From the NCBI GenBank assembly GCA_030765785.1, contig JAVCCC010000004.1:10008-74007 (forward strand): a stretch of 64,000 nt of DNA, in the 5' to 3' direction. A program made the translations under genes and the position numbers. Of the stretch, positions 52,065-62,667 are shown piece after piece. This stretch comes from Candidatus Aceula lacicola (GTDB lineage: Bacteria > Omnitrophota > Gorgyraeia > Zapsychrales > Aceulaceae). The notes under the pieces are model-generated. The model had not been told where the DNA came from. It made no database searches and was given only the letters and a program-made list of their open reading frames with translations. Positions within the stretch are counted from its first letter, which is position 1, and each line of letters begins with the position of its first letter.

Positions 52065-52817
52065 CTATTCTTTTTTATCAAGACCTTTTTTGAATGTCTC
52101 AAAAATATCTATTGGAATTGGAAATAATGTTGTTGTGTTATTTGTGTTTCCAATTTCAACTAATGTTTGCAAATATCGAAGCTGAAGCGCAATCGGATTA
52201 TCTTTCATTCGATCTGCAGCTAGACAAAGCTTTTCAGCAGCCTGAAATTCACCATCAGAAGCAATAATCTTTGCCCTTTTCTCTCTTTCAGCCTCTGCTT
52301 GACGTGCCATAATACGTTTTAAATCTTCAGAGATATCAACATCTTTAACTTCAACATTTGAAACCTTGATGCCCCAAGGATCAGTTTGTTTATCTAAAAT
52401 AGCTTGAAGTTTGCCGTTAATCATCTCCCTCTGAGAAAGAAGGTCATCGAGTTCCATTTCGCCAATAACACTACGAAGCGTGGTTTGCGCCATTTGCGAA
52501 GTCGCATATTGAAAGTTTTGAACTTCAACAATGGATTTAATCGCATCCATAACTTTAAAATAAACAACCGCATTGACTCTCACTGAAACATTGTCTTTTG
52601 TAATGATATCTTGAGATGGGACATCCAAAGCAACAAGGCGTAAACTTATAACGCGTGCTTGATCAAATGGCCAAAATACAAAAATTAAACCAGGACCTTT
52701 TGTGGTTTTCAAAACTCGTCCCAGTCTAAAAATAACAGCTCTTTCGTATTCATTAATGATCTTAATCCAGTTAAACAACAAAAACACTGCTGCACCTACA
52801 AAAATCCAATTATTCAT
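52065..52817 (-). CDS. SPFH/band-7 (stomatin/prohibitin-like) membrane protein
   Basis: 250 aa; N-terminal TM, SPFH domain, C-terminal coiled coil ([14 protein letters not shown]). Confidence 0.8.
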   Translation of the reverse strand: MNNWIFVGAAVFLLFNWIKIINEYERAVIFRLGRVLKTTKGPGLIFVFWPFDQARVISLRLVALDVPSQDIITKDNVSVRVNAVVYFKVMDAIKSIVEVQNFQYATSQMAQTTLRSVIGEMELDDLLSQREMINGKLQAILDKQTDPWGIKVSNVEVKDVDISEDLKRIMARQAEAEREKRAKIIASDGEFQAAEKLCLAADRMKDNPIALQLRYLQTLVEIGNTNNTTTLFPIPIDIFETFKKGLDKKE

Positions 52818-52833
52818 CGCACCCCCCTTTTTT

Positions 52834-54267
52834 TTAATTTGTGAGAAAATCTGTTAATAGTCGTACGCCCGAGCCTGTTGCGCCAAAACCAAAATAACCG
52901 CGAGACGAACCTTCAACAAAAGATGTCCCTGCAATATCTAAATGTGCCCACTTAGCATCACCAATAAACTGACGCAAGAATTCCGCAGCCGAACAAGTTC
53001 CAGCTGCACCTTTCGGTAACCCTGTGCTTTTTAAATCTGCATACTGCGACTTAAGATGATCTTTTAGCTCTGCATAACTTGGAAGTTGCCAAGCACGATC
53101 ATCAGTTTTTTTAGAAGAATTTAATATTTGGTTTGCTAACTTATCATCATTCGAAACAAGTCCTGTGTAATCATAGCCAAGAGCAACAACACAAGCTCCC
53201 GTTAATGTTGCTAAATCAATAACATATTCTGGCTTATAATTCTTCGAAATATATCCTAACGCATCAGCTAAAACAAGACGACCTTCAGCGTCAGTGTTTC
53301 CAATTTCAACTGTTTTTCCAGAGTAACTTTTAATAACATCACCTGGTTTATATGCGCCAGATCCAATAGCGTTTTCTGCCATTGCACAAACGAACAATAA
53401 ATTCTTTTTTAACTTTAGAGAAATTGTGTTCTTAAGTATTCCAATAACAGCCGCTGCTCCGCCCATATCTGTACGCATCGTTTCCATATATCCCGATGGC
53501 TTTAAATTAAGTCCTCCCGTATCAAAAGTAATGCCTTTTCCCACAATAGCTATATATTTTTTTGATTTCGGGTCTCCCTGGTAACGAGCAATAATTAATT
53601 TTGGCGGATATTTGCTTCCTTGATTCACTGCTAAATGCAGATTAAGACCTTTCTTTTTTAATTCTTTTTCATTTAAAATTTCCAAAGAAACATTCTTTTT
53701 ACCTTTAACTATAGATTTTATCGTCTGTTCAACAAAGACAGATGTAACCGTATCCGCATTATCGTTCACCAAGTCTCTTGCTAAATTAACCCCGTCACAC
53801 ACGTTTACAAGCTCTTGATATAATTTTTTAGGAGAAACGTCAATGTTGATTCTTTTCTTTCCTAGATTTGAAGTTTCTGAAATATATTTCTTCCATTGAT
53901 ATGATCCCAATAAAATACCTTCAACATAACCGCGCGCGCTTTCATCAGAACTATCATGAATAACGCAATGAATGCTTTTTGCTTTCTTAAAATGGACAGA
54001 AAGCATCGCTTGTCTTACAGCTATTCTTAAAATTGTTGATGTTAACTCCTTTTGTTTGCCAAGCCCAACAATCAAATAAAACCTTTTCTGTATAACAACG
54101 GGAAAAGTTTCATGCAAAGCGGCAGAAAACTTCTTTGTCTTTTGAAGTAACTTGATTTGCTTTTGAACATCTGAAGAAACTTTAATGGCTTGATTCTTTT
54201 TAAGCTGCTCTTCTGTTAAGAAAATGATTTGCTCAGATGCCGATGATATCTTTGAAAATGTAATCAC
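52834..54267 (-). CDS. pepA: leucyl aminopeptidase (M17 family)
   Basis: 477 aa; [14 protein letters not shown] signature, metal ligands in [10 protein letters not shown]. Confidence 0.85.
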   Translation of the reverse strand: MITFSKISSASEQIIFLTEEQLKKNQAIKVSSDVQKQIKLLQKTKKFSAALHETFPVVIQKRFYLIVGLGKQKELTSTILRIAVRQAMLSVHFKKAKSIHCVIHDSSDESARGYVEGILLGSYQWKKYISETSNLGKKRINIDVSPKKLYQELVNVCDGVNLARDLVNDNADTVTSVFVEQTIKSIVKGKKNVSLEILNEKELKKKGLNLHLAVNQGSKYPPKLIIARYQGDPKSKKYIAIVGKGITFDTGGLNLKPSGYMETMRTDMGGAAAVIGILKNTISLKLKKNLLFVCAMAENAIGSGAYKPGDVIKSYSGKTVEIGNTDAEGRLVLADALGYISKNYKPEYVIDLATLTGACVVALGYDYTGLVSNDDKLANQILNSSKKTDDRAWQLPSYAELKDHLKSQYADLKSTGLPKGAAGTCSAAEFLRQFIGDAKWAHLDIAGTSFVEGSSRGYFGFGATGSGVRLLTDFLTN

Positions 54268-54278
54268 ATCAAACCTTT

Positions 54279-55625
54279 CTATTTACGCTTTCCCATTGGA
54301 ACGTAATCACGCTTTATTTCACCAATATAAACTTGTCGTGGACGATTAATTCTTAAAACTTCAGAATTACGCATCTCCATCCATTGTGCGATCCATCCTG
54401 GCATACGAGCCATAGCAAACATAACAGGTGCCATATCCACAGGAATACCAATTGCATTATAAATAATACCACTATAAAAATCAACGTTCGGATATAATTT
54501 TCGGCTAACAAAGAAATCATCTTTAAGCGCAGCCTCTTCAAGCTTGATTGCAATCTCAAGAAGCGGATCATGAATGCCAAGGCGTTTCAGTAGAACATCC
54601 ACACGTTTTTTAATAATGCGTGCACGTGGATCATAATTCTTATAAACACGATGTCCAAATCCCATAAGCCGAGTATTGCTATCACGATCTTTGACTTTTT
54701 TAATAAATTTTTTAACATCACCGCCGCTACGATGAATTTTCTCAAGCATTTCAGTCACTTTTTGATTTGCCCCGCCATGAAGAGGTCCCCAAAGAGCGCA
54801 AATGCCAGCAGAAACCGAAGCAAAAAGATTTGCCATGGAACTTCCTACCATGCGAACTGTTGACGTGCCGCAATTTTGCTCATGATCAGCATGCAAAATA
54901 AACAATGTTTGAAGCGCTTCAACGACATCATCTTCAATCACATATTCTGTATTTGAAGATGAAAACATCATATTTAAGAAATTAGGAATAAATTTTAAGT
55001 CTGCTCTTGGATAAATAAACGGCTCACCTATTTTCTTTTTATATGAAAAAGCCGCAATGGTTCTCACTTTTGAGATAAGCTCAACAGCAATAGTCCCCAT
55101 TTCTCTTTGCTTTGGTTCGCTTGCCTCAAGCTCAGGATAATAGGCCGATAGCGAACATACCATCGCTGATAAAATGCCCATAGGATGACCCCAAGCCGGA
55201 TACCCATTAAAAAAATTCTTCATATCCTCATGAATCATCGCATGTATTGTAAATTTTTTAGAAAATTCTTCAAATTGGTGTTTTTTAGGAAGTTTTCCAT
55301 AAATTAAAAGATACGCAGTCTCTACAAATGTTGAATTCTCTGCCAATTGCCCAACAGGAATCCCTCGATATCGCAAGACACCCTTTTCCCCATCAATAAA
55401 TGTAATTGCACTTTTGCAAGACCCGGTATTGGCATACCCATTATCAAGCGTTGTATATCCAGTTTTAAGCCTTAAGCTAGATATATCAATGGCCTTTTCC
55501 ATTTCAGTTCCTACGACAATTGGAAAATCATATGCTTCTTTACCCAAAGTTAGCTTTGCCATCTTTGGATTTGACGACAAGCGTACTTTTGATGACTTTT
55601 TTAAAATTTTAGTTCTTTTCGGCAT
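54279..55625 (-). CDS. gltA: citrate synthase
   Basis: 448 aa; GFGHRVYKNYDPRA signature, catalytic His/Asp context. Confidence 0.9.
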   Translation of the reverse strand: MPKRTKILKKSSKVRLSSNPKMAKLTLGKEAYDFPIVVGTEMEKAIDISSLRLKTGYTTLDNGYANTGSCKSAITFIDGEKGVLRYRGIPVGQLAENSTFVETAYLLIYGKLPKKHQFEEFSKKFTIHAMIHEDMKNFFNGYPAWGHPMGILSAMVCSLSAYYPELEASEPKQREMGTIAVELISKVRTIAAFSYKKKIGEPFIYPRADLKFIPNFLNMMFSSSNTEYVIEDDVVEALQTLFILHADHEQNCGTSTVRMVGSSMANLFASVSAGICALWGPLHGGANQKVTEMLEKIHRSGGDVKKFIKKVKDRDSNTRLMGFGHRVYKNYDPRARIIKKRVDVLLKRLGIHDPLLEIAIKLEEAALKDDFFVSRKLYPNVDFYSGIIYNAIGIPVDMAPVMFAMARMPGWIAQWMEMRNSEVLRINRPRQVYIGEIKRDYVPMGKRK

Positions 55626-55672
55626 GTAAAGCTCCTTCGTATATATACTTATATTAATTTTTAAGAGATAAT

Positions 55673-55701
55673 ATTATAAGCAGAATTGCTTAAAATTGCA
55701 A
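55673..55701 (-). promoter_or_regulatory. near-consensus sigma70 promoter TTGCAA-17-TATAAT for gltA-pepA-SPFH-fumC
   Basis: Minus strand: TTGCAAttttaagcaattctgctTATAAT; about 40-nt leader with a GAAGGAG ribosome-binding site. Confidence 0.55.
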
Positions 55702-55738
55702 GTGGCAAATTAAGATAGAATTGACTGAAAAATTACTT

Positions 55739-56131
55739 TTAAGTAGGATCGCCAAGCTTCTTTTTAATCTTATCAATCAGCTTTCCAGCATCAATTGGCT
55801 TAATGATATAATCGTTGCAACCTTGATAAAAGGCGTCTAGAAATGGTTTTTTGTGCGCTGTAACCATGATAATCGACACGCCTTCGCCTAAAGGAATATC
55901 CGCAGCCTCTTCACTTTGTCTAATTTTTCGAAGAAGCTCAAGGCCGTTGATCTCAGGCATCTCGATATCCAAAAGAATCAAATCGTATGGCTTATCTTGA
56001 AGAGAAGCATTATATTTATCGATAGCATCTTTTCCATCGGCTGCAACATCGCATGCAGCAGTATCACGTAGAATTTCTGCTACAAGCTCTCGACTTTCGT
56101 AATTATCATCGACGATCAGTATTTTCCACAT
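55739..56131 (-). CDS. single-domain response regulator receiver (CheY-like)
   Basis: 130 aa; DD pair (IVDDN), phospho-acceptor D in LILLDIEMP, conserved T and K positions. Confidence 0.85.
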   Translation of the reverse strand: MWKILIVDDNYESRELVAEILRDTAACDVAADGKDAIDKYNASLQDKPYDLILLDIEMPEINGLELLRKIRQSEEAADIPLGEGVSIIMVTAHKKPFLDAFYQGCNDYIIKPIDAGKLIDKIKKKLGDPT

Positions 56132-56147
56132 TATAAATCTCCTTAGT

Positions 56148-56486
56148 TTATCTTTCCTTCATATGATTAAAAAATAGCTCAGATTCTTTTTTAAAAGCAC
56201 TAAACAATTCTACAACTTTTTCTTGCGGCTCTCCTGCTTTAACCGCCACATGCATTGCGTCAGCGGTTTTGTAGACTTTACCTAGCCTCAAGTTTCCCGC
56301 CGTTCCCTTAACCTCATGCATAATGGCACGAACTTTATCAACATCATTCTGAGGAACAAGCACGTCTAATTGAGCAATCTTCTGCTCTAACGTTCCCGTA
56401 AAACTTTTTAAAAGCTTTTCTAAAATTTCAGCACGAACGTGAAGCTCTTCACAAACCTTATTGATATCATATTGAAATTCGTCCAT
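56148..56486 (-). CDS. Hpt (histidine phosphotransfer) domain protein
   Basis: 112 aa; HEVKGTAGNLRLG (HxxKG Hpt motif). Confidence 0.7.
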   Translation of the reverse strand: MDEFQYDINKVCEELHVRAEILEKLLKSFTGTLEQKIAQLDVLVPQNDVDKVRAIMHEVKGTAGNLRLGKVYKTADAMHVAVKAGEPQEKVVELFSAFKKESELFFNHMKER

Positions 56487-56495
56487 ACCGCTCTC

Positions 56496-57077
56496 CTATC
56501 TTTTCGGAACAACACCCATTGTCATATCAATAACTAAACTCTTTTTACGTTTAATGAAAAACGATAGCTCGTATTTTTCGCGCTCGTTATATGAAAAAGG
56601 AGCTCCAACAACAGCTCGATTACGATAGCTTGTAAAATGTGACATCTCAAGCTCAATATAGCCCATCTTAGAAATTTCGGTCTTAAACGCTCCCGCTATA
56701 ATATTGCACAATGTCCCACAGCAATCGGCCAACGCCTCAAGATCTTCATCATCAGCCAGAGGATATTTTAATAATTTTAAAAGATCTGTGACATTTGTTT
56801 GCTCGATATAAATAACAATCCCGCCAATGGCTTTCTTTTTTTCCATATCATTAACGTTATTAAAATAATTAATATAAGAAATAAACGTCGGCTCATTAAA
56901 TTTTTCCATGCCGTCGGCACGCATCATGCCGTTGTACTCAATAATATTACGCTTTTCAATAACAGGATCTTGCGAAAATTTAATCTCATTGCGTTCATAA
57001 AACATTTTGGCGACACTTTCTGAAAGTGCTTTAGAAAATTGTTCAAGATTAGGATTTGTTTTTCCTCCAAAAAACAC
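56496..57077 (-). CDS. hypothetical protein, possibly CheX/CheC-like phosphatase
   Basis: 193 aa; ...CGTLCNIIAGAFKTEISKMG resembles the CheX NIIAG region. Context between CheY-like genes. Confidence 0.3.
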   Translation of the reverse strand: MFFGGKTNPNLEQFSKALSESVAKMFYERNEIKFSQDPVIEKRNIIEYNGMMRADGMEKFNEPTFISYINYFNNVNDMEKKKAIGGIVIYIEQTNVTDLLKLLKYPLADDEDLEALADCCGTLCNIIAGAFKTEISKMGYIELEMSHFTSYRNRAVVGAPFSYNEREKYELSFFIKRKKSLVIDMTMGVVPKR

Positions 57078-57092
57078 AGCATTCCTTTCAGA

Positions 57093-57485
57093 TTACAAAA
57101 TATACGGCTTGATCGCCTCAACCAAAACCTCTGGCTCATACGGCTTAACAACGTATCCGGCCAAATTTGGATTAACTTGTCTCGCTTGTTTTTTATTTTC
57201 TTCCGATCCAGATGCGGTAACCATAACAATCGGAACTTTAGAAACAGCTGGAACCTTGACAACACCTTCCATGAACTCTAACCCTGTCATCTCCGGCATT
57301 TGCCAATCAAGCAAGATAATCGCAATCTCTTTATGATTGCGCCCTAAAACTTCAATCGCATGTTCTCCGCTTTTTGCTTGAAGAAATTCATTCTTAATGC
57401 CGGAACCCTTTAAAATTTCAATTAAAAGTTCACGCTCAAGCGTTGAGTCATCTACAACTAGAATTTTTTTATTGCTTTCGGCCAT
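57093..57485 (-). CDS. single-domain response regulator receiver (CheY-like)
   Basis: 130 aa; VVDDS, ILLDWQMPEMTG, conserved K. Confidence 0.85.
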   Translation of the reverse strand: MAESNKKILVVDDSTLERELLIEILKGSGIKNEFLQAKSGEHAIEVLGRNHKEIAIILLDWQMPEMTGLEFMEGVVKVPAVSKVPIVMVTASGSEENKKQARQVNPNLAGYVVKPYEPEVLVEAIKPYIL

Positions 57486-59658
57486 ATGTAATAATTCTAT
57501 CCTTAAAATCGTCCATGTTAAATGGTTTTGTTAAAAAATCGTTAAACCCTATTTCGGAACACTTTTCGTGATCCTCCTGGTCATCAGCCGCCGTCAACGC
57601 GACGATCGGCAAATCTTGGCTAAGTTCTTGTCGAATAATTTGCGCAGCAGCAAATCCGTTTAAAACGGGCATCCGAAGATCCATAAAGCAAACATCATAT
57701 TTCGTCTTCTTAATCATCTCAATTGCTTCTTGTCCGTTTGAAGCGTATTCACCAACGCATCCAATCGACTCAAAATATGCTTTGATAAGCTCAATATTTG
57801 TCAAGCTGTCGTCGACAATCAAAACTTTAATACCTTTACAATCACCCTCAAGATGTGGATGAACTTGCTTTTCAATATCTTGTGGACTTAAAATTTTAAA
57901 AGTATCTTTTAAAACTGTTAGAAGCTCCTTGACAATAATCGGTCGAAGTAAAAAATCATTGAAGCATTCTTTGTACGCTTCACTCGAAATCACAAGATTC
58001 ATATTCGCCGAAACAGCGACTAACTTCACGCCCTTGAGACTCTCTTCTTGCTTAATGCGACTTGCCAAAAGATACCCTTCTTCTTTATTTGTCAAAATAT
58101 CGATAAACACAAGATCCGGCTTTTGACCTTGCTTTGCTTGATCCAAAATCTGACTTAAAACTTTTTTGGAATCGCCCTTTAAACATCCCAAGTTAAGAGA
58201 CAATGCACGACACGTTTTCTCTAAAGTTTTATGAGGATCGCTATCTACAATTATAGTATTCTTTTTTGAAATTTCATCAAAATTAAAATTAATCTCAATT
58301 TCTTTTTTATCAACATTGATAATTGGAAACGCCATTGTAAAGATAAACTGACTCCCCTTTTCAAGTTCCGACTCAACCCATATTTTTCCACCCATCACCT
58401 CGACATAGCTTCTAGAAATTGTAAGCCCTAAACCTGTTCCACCATATTCACGCGTGATCGTTTTATCGCCTTGTGTAAATGGTTCAAAAATAAACTTTTG
58501 TCGACTTTCAGCAATGCCAACACCCGTATCAATGACAGAAAAACGCAGGCCAAGATTCTTGCCTGGCTCCAAAATAATTTCTTTCTCGGCATCAAATTCA
58601 ACGATTAAACCAACCTCACCTTTTTCCGTAAATTTCGTGGCATTGCTTAAAAGATTAATTAAAATCTGACGTAACCTCGTAGGATCTCCTTTAAGCTTTA
58701 CTGGAATTTCTTGCTTCAAATCAAAAAATAACGAAATCGGTTTTCCTTCAAGGCGTGTGCGCACAATTTGAAAAACATCCTCAATGAGATCCTTAAGGTC
58801 AAACGGAATAGTCTCAAGCTTTAGTTTTCCCCGTTCAACTTTTGCAAGATCCAATATATTATTAATAATCTCGAGCAATAACTCGCCGCTCGATCGAATC
58901 GATCGCAAAAATTCCGTTTGCTTATCTTCAAGAGAGCTCCTAATAAGAAGGTCAGAAAAACCCATAATCGCATTGATAAGCGTCCGCATTTCATGCGACA
59001 TGCTCGCAAGCATATCGCTTTTTTCAGCTGCAGCCTTCTGTGCCTGCTGACTAAGCTTTATCGCAAGTTCACGTTCCTTAACCAACTCTTGCTGCTTTTT
59101 AAGAATATTAGCACGGCTATCCCCCTGCTTTGAAACAGGTAAACTAACCGAAGGAATTTTAATAGAACGCTTATCCTTAATGACTTTTGAAATCTCGTTT
59201 GAAACCGTTTGGTCTTTTAAAGCATTAACCTTATCGATAGTTGTAGAAATATCAAAATACTTACTTTTAAGTTTTCCCTGATTTGAAATTTGCTCATTGA
59301 GTAAATCTAAAAGGGTCCGAAGAGTATCAATACATTCTAATATTATCTCAGCAACTTCATTGTCAAATGACAATAAATCCTTTCGCAATAAATCAAATAT
59401 CTCTTCTGATTTTGCTGACAAATATTGAATATCTTTTAGATTTAAGAATCCAGACAAACCCTTAATGGAATAGAACACCTTAAATCCTTTAGCAATAGAC
59501 TCTGAATCTGTTGGAACAGCTTCAAGCGCAAGAACAGAATTCTTCGCATCCATCAAGAGATTCAATGCCTCGGCAGTAAATTCAAAGAGCATGTCAGCTT
59601 GCTCTTCAAGATTAATATTCGGAATTTCTGATTTAAATTTATTTTTCTCTATTAACAT
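57469..59658 (-). CDS. cytoplasmic hybrid sensor histidine kinase (Hpt-like N-domain, HisKA, HATPase_c, two REC domains)
   Basis: 729 aa; H-box SHEMRTLINAIMGF, G-box DTGVGI...GGTGLGL, REC1 DLVFIDIL, REC2 VLIVDDS...CFMDLRMP. N-terminal FYSIKGLSGFL resembles the CheA P1 HSIKGG motif with Tyr for His. No TM segment. Confidence 0.8.
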   Translation of the reverse strand: MLIEKNKFKSEIPNINLEEQADMLFEFTAEALNLLMDAKNSVLALEAVPTDSESIAKGFKVFYSIKGLSGFLNLKDIQYLSAKSEEIFDLLRKDLLSFDNEVAEIILECIDTLRTLLDLLNEQISNQGKLKSKYFDISTTIDKVNALKDQTVSNEISKVIKDKRSIKIPSVSLPVSKQGDSRANILKKQQELVKERELAIKLSQQAQKAAAEKSDMLASMSHEMRTLINAIMGFSDLLIRSSLEDKQTEFLRSIRSSGELLLEIINNILDLAKVERGKLKLETIPFDLKDLIEDVFQIVRTRLEGKPISLFFDLKQEIPVKLKGDPTRLRQILINLLSNATKFTEKGEVGLIVEFDAEKEIILEPGKNLGLRFSVIDTGVGIAESRQKFIFEPFTQGDKTITREYGGTGLGLTISRSYVEVMGGKIWVESELEKGSQFIFTMAFPIINVDKKEIEINFNFDEISKKNTIIVDSDPHKTLEKTCRALSLNLGCLKGDSKKVLSQILDQAKQGQKPDLVFIDILTNKEEGYLLASRIKQEESLKGVKLVAVSANMNLVISSEAYKECFNDFLLRPIIVKELLTVLKDTFKILSPQDIEKQVHPHLEGDCKGIKVLIVDDSLTNIELIKAYFESIGCVGEYASNGQEAIEMIKKTKYDVCFMDLRMPVLNGFAAAQIIRQELSQDLPIVALTAADDQEDHEKCSEIGFNDFLTKPFNMDDFKDRIITYGRKQ

Positions 59659-60728
59659 TATTCTTCACGTTCACATTGATAATCTTTTTCGATTGCTTCT
59701 CGATCATTCTTGATAATTTCAAGAAAAAACTCTACTAATTCTGGATCAAAATGCTTTCCGCTGGCATATCCAATCTCAGCAACAGCATCATCAATTGCCC
59801 ATGCCTTTTTGTAGGGGCGTTTTGACAAAAGCGCATCAAAAACATCACAAATTGCAACAATGCGCCCTACGAGAGGAATTTCTTCTCCTTTTAATCCTAC
59901 CGGGTACCCTGAACCATCCCATTTTTCATGATGCGTTAAGGCAATTGTCTCTCCCATTTTCATCAATTCTGAATCACTTCCAGTCAACAGTTGCGCAGCC
60001 AAAGTTGTGTGCGATTTCATGATCTCCCATTCGCTCGTATCCAATTTTCCGGGTTTCAAAAGAACGCTATCTGGAATTCCAATCTTTCCGATATCATGTA
60101 AAGGACTGGCATTAAGCAAAAGTTCACTTTGATGCGAATCAAGGCCAACGGCTTGCCCTAATTTTACACAAAGCTTGCTCATGCGAACAATGTGTGTCCC
60201 TGTATCTTCGTCTCGACATTCAGCCGCACGCGCCAAGCGTCGAATAATATCTAATCGTGTATCCGTAAGCTCTCTGGTTCGATCTTTGACCTTTTCTTCT
60301 AAAATTTTATTTTGATCGCGAACCTGATTGTTTAAAAATTGTGCCTCAATAATGTTTCGAATTCGCACCAAAACCTCAATGCCCTCATACGGTTTTGCAA
60401 TAAAATCAGTGGCTCCTGCCTCAAGCGCCTTAAGACAAATATCTTGCCCTCTATCCGGTGACAATGCCAGCAAAGGCAATCTCTCTCCGTCGGCAATCTC
60501 TTTAAGCTGTTCAATAACAGAAAACCCATCAATTTTAGGCATATCCAAATCCAAAAGAATAAGATCAGGTTTTTTGTCCTTGTAAAATTCTATTCCCTCT
60601 TGAGGATCTGTTGTACTTTCAATATTAGCATATCCTGATTTACGCAAAATATCTTCTAGGAGCCCAATATGAAGCTTCTGATCATCAATAATAAGAATTT
60701 TCGCTTTAAAAATTTCTTCGTTCAGCAT
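59658..60728 (-). CDS. response regulator with HD-GYP output domain (RpfG-like c-di-GMP phosphodiesterase)
   Basis: 356 aa; REC (ILIIDDQ, LILLDLDMP) plus HD-GYP (HDIGKIGIPDSVLLKPGKL, HHEKWDGSGYP). Confidence 0.85.
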   Translation of the reverse strand: MLNEEIFKAKILIIDDQKLHIGLLEDILRKSGYANIESTTDPQEGIEFYKDKKPDLILLDLDMPKIDGFSVIEQLKEIADGERLPLLALSPDRGQDICLKALEAGATDFIAKPYEGIEVLVRIRNIIEAQFLNNQVRDQNKILEEKVKDRTRELTDTRLDIIRRLARAAECRDEDTGTHIVRMSKLCVKLGQAVGLDSHQSELLLNASPLHDIGKIGIPDSVLLKPGKLDTSEWEIMKSHTTLAAQLLTGSDSELMKMGETIALTHHEKWDGSGYPVGLKGEEIPLVGRIVAICDVFDALLSKRPYKKAWAIDDAVAEIGYASGKHFDPELVEFFLEIIKNDREAIEKDYQCEREE

Positions 60729-60792
60729 AATAAACCTTTTTATCTATTGTAATTCCAAACGTTAAGGAATCAAACACAAAAATGAAAAAAAT

Positions 60793-61560
60793 TTAATGCA
60801 AATTCCAATTTTTAAGATCTGGTAAAATTTTATAATCTGTCAAATCACTTTGAATAGGGGTGATGCAAACATATCCTTTATTAAGAGCAACGATATCAAC
60901 AGCATTATCTCGTTCAATCTTTGGAATTTCCCCCGACATCCAATAATATCTAAGATGACTCGGATCTTTCCTCGAAACAAACTTTGCTTTAATCGGAACC
61001 TTGCCTTGCCGCGTTAATTTAATACCTTTGATCTTACTCTTAGGTAAATTCGGCACATTAATATTTAAAAAAGTTCCTCTCGGCAAACCTTTTGCAAAAA
61101 CATTCTTTGCCACCTTTGCCGCCACCTTGGCTGCATAAGAAAAATCAGGATCAGCAAATGTATTCAAAGACACTGCCATAGACGAAATGCCACAAAGTGC
61201 TCCCTCCCTCGCTGCTGCCACCGTTCCAGAATAAAAAACGCTACAGCCTTCGTTAGGACCTAAATTTATTCCTGAAATAATTAAATCTGGCTTTTTCTTT
61301 AAAACAACTTCTAAAGCAAATTTAACGCAATCGGCAGGAGTTCCAGTGATACCGTATCCCTTAATTCCTATATCCCCTGTGGTCTTCTTAACCCAAATAG
61401 GTCGTGACAAAGTAATGCCATGACCCACAGAGCTACGTTGAGAATCCGGAGCAACGACAACAACCGATGCAAACTTTTTAAGCTCCTTGTAAAGCGCTAA
61501 AATTCCTTCGGCACCAATACCATCATCGTTCGTTAACAATATTTTTATTTGTTTTTTCAT
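60793..61560 (-). CDS. surE: 5'/3'-nucleotidase SurE
   Basis: 255 aa; ILLTNDDGIGAEGI N-terminal signature. Confidence 0.85.
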   Translation of the reverse strand: MKKQIKILLTNDDGIGAEGILALYKELKKFASVVVVAPDSQRSSVGHGITLSRPIWVKKTTGDIGIKGYGITGTPADCVKFALEVVLKKKPDLIISGINLGPNEGCSVFYSGTVAAAREGALCGISSMAVSLNTFADPDFSYAAKVAAKVAKNVFAKGLPRGTFLNINVPNLPKSKIKGIKLTRQGKVPIKAKFVSRKDPSHLRYYWMSGEIPKIERDNAVDIVALNKGYVCITPIQSDLTDYKILPDLKNWNLH

Positions 61561-61600
61561 AAATCGCCTTGCCTACTATAACACAGTCAAAAAATTCATT

Positions 61601-62662
61601 CTATGCCTTTTCTTGCTTAACAATATAATCCAAAATTTTAGAACTTCCTGATGGCATCGGATAAGAATGCATATTATTTAAACGATCCCATCGGTGCGTT
61701 TTATCTATTTTTGGCAACGGCTTAACTTTACAATCCCATACGTGCAGATTAACATCAAACTTTGTATACAAATGTTTTACATTCATCATTCGCCTTGCAG
61801 AAATAAGACTTACGCCAAGCTCTTCTTTTAGTTCACGGGAAAGTGCTTTTTTGGGAGTCTCGCCATCCTCAATCTTCCCACCAGGAAATTCCCATAAATC
61901 AGCTAAAAGACCTTTACTGCCTCTTTTTTGAATAAAAAAAGTATTCCTATTTCTTATAACGCCGACAACGGCATTAATCTTATGAACAATTCTTTTTTTT
62001 GATTCAGGAATAATTTCTTGCATGCCTTTTTGATAGGCACGACATATTTTTCTAAACGGACACATATTGCATCGCGCATTGTCCGTTCGACAAATTAATG
62101 CACCAAGTTCCATCAATCCCTGATTAAATAAATTCATATCTTTTTGAGGCATCATTTTTTCTAAAAATTCTAAAATTTCTTTATCATTAGACGTATCCGC
62201 ATATCCCTCTAACGCCAATTGGCGCATAATAACTCGACGAACATTTGCATCAATAATCGGATAACGGACACCAAAAACAATGCTTAAAACAGCTCCAGTC
62301 GTATATGGGCCAAACCCTGGCAGCTTTAAAAGATCTTCGGCGTGGCAAGGGATCTTGCCCTGATGACTTTTCAAAATTATTTTTGCAGCTTTATGAATAT
62401 TACGCGCTCTTTGATAATATCCAAGACCTTGCCATTGCTTTAATATCTTTTGAAGAGGTGCGCTTGCAACTGATCGCATCGTTGGAAATTTTTTAACCCA
62501 TTCCTTATAATAGGGAACAACCGCACTGACCGTTGTTTGCTGAAGCATGATCTCGGAAATCCAAATTTTATAAGAATCACTTGTCTTGCGCCAAGGAAGG
62601 TCTCTTCTATTTTTTCGATACCAAGAAATAAGACTTTTGGAAAAACTTTTTATATTTTTCAT
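61601..62662 (-). CDS. mutY: A/G-specific adenine DNA glycosylase
   Basis: HhH-GPD domain, 4Fe-4S loop CRTDNARCNMCPFRKIC, C-terminal NUDIX-like GLLADLWEFPGGKIE. Start at MKNIKSF (ATG 62662), 6 nt after the nadK stop. Confidence 0.85.
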   Translation of the reverse strand: MKNIKSFSKSLISWYRKNRRDLPWRKTSDSYKIWISEIMLQQTTVSAVVPYYKEWVKKFPTMRSVASAPLQKILKQWQGLGYYQRARNIHKAAKIILKSHQGKIPCHAEDLLKLPGFGPYTTGAVLSIVFGVRYPIIDANVRRVIMRQLALEGYADTSNDKEILEFLEKMMPQKDMNLFNQGLMELGALICRTDNARCNMCPFRKICRAYQKGMQEIIPESKKRIVHKINAVVGVIRNRNTFFIQKRGSKGLLADLWEFPGGKIEDGETPKKALSRELKEELGVSLISARRMMNVKHLYTKFDVNLHVWDCKVKPLPKIDKTHRWDRLNNMHSYPMPSGSSKILDYIVKQEKA

Positions 62663-62667
62663 AGGAA

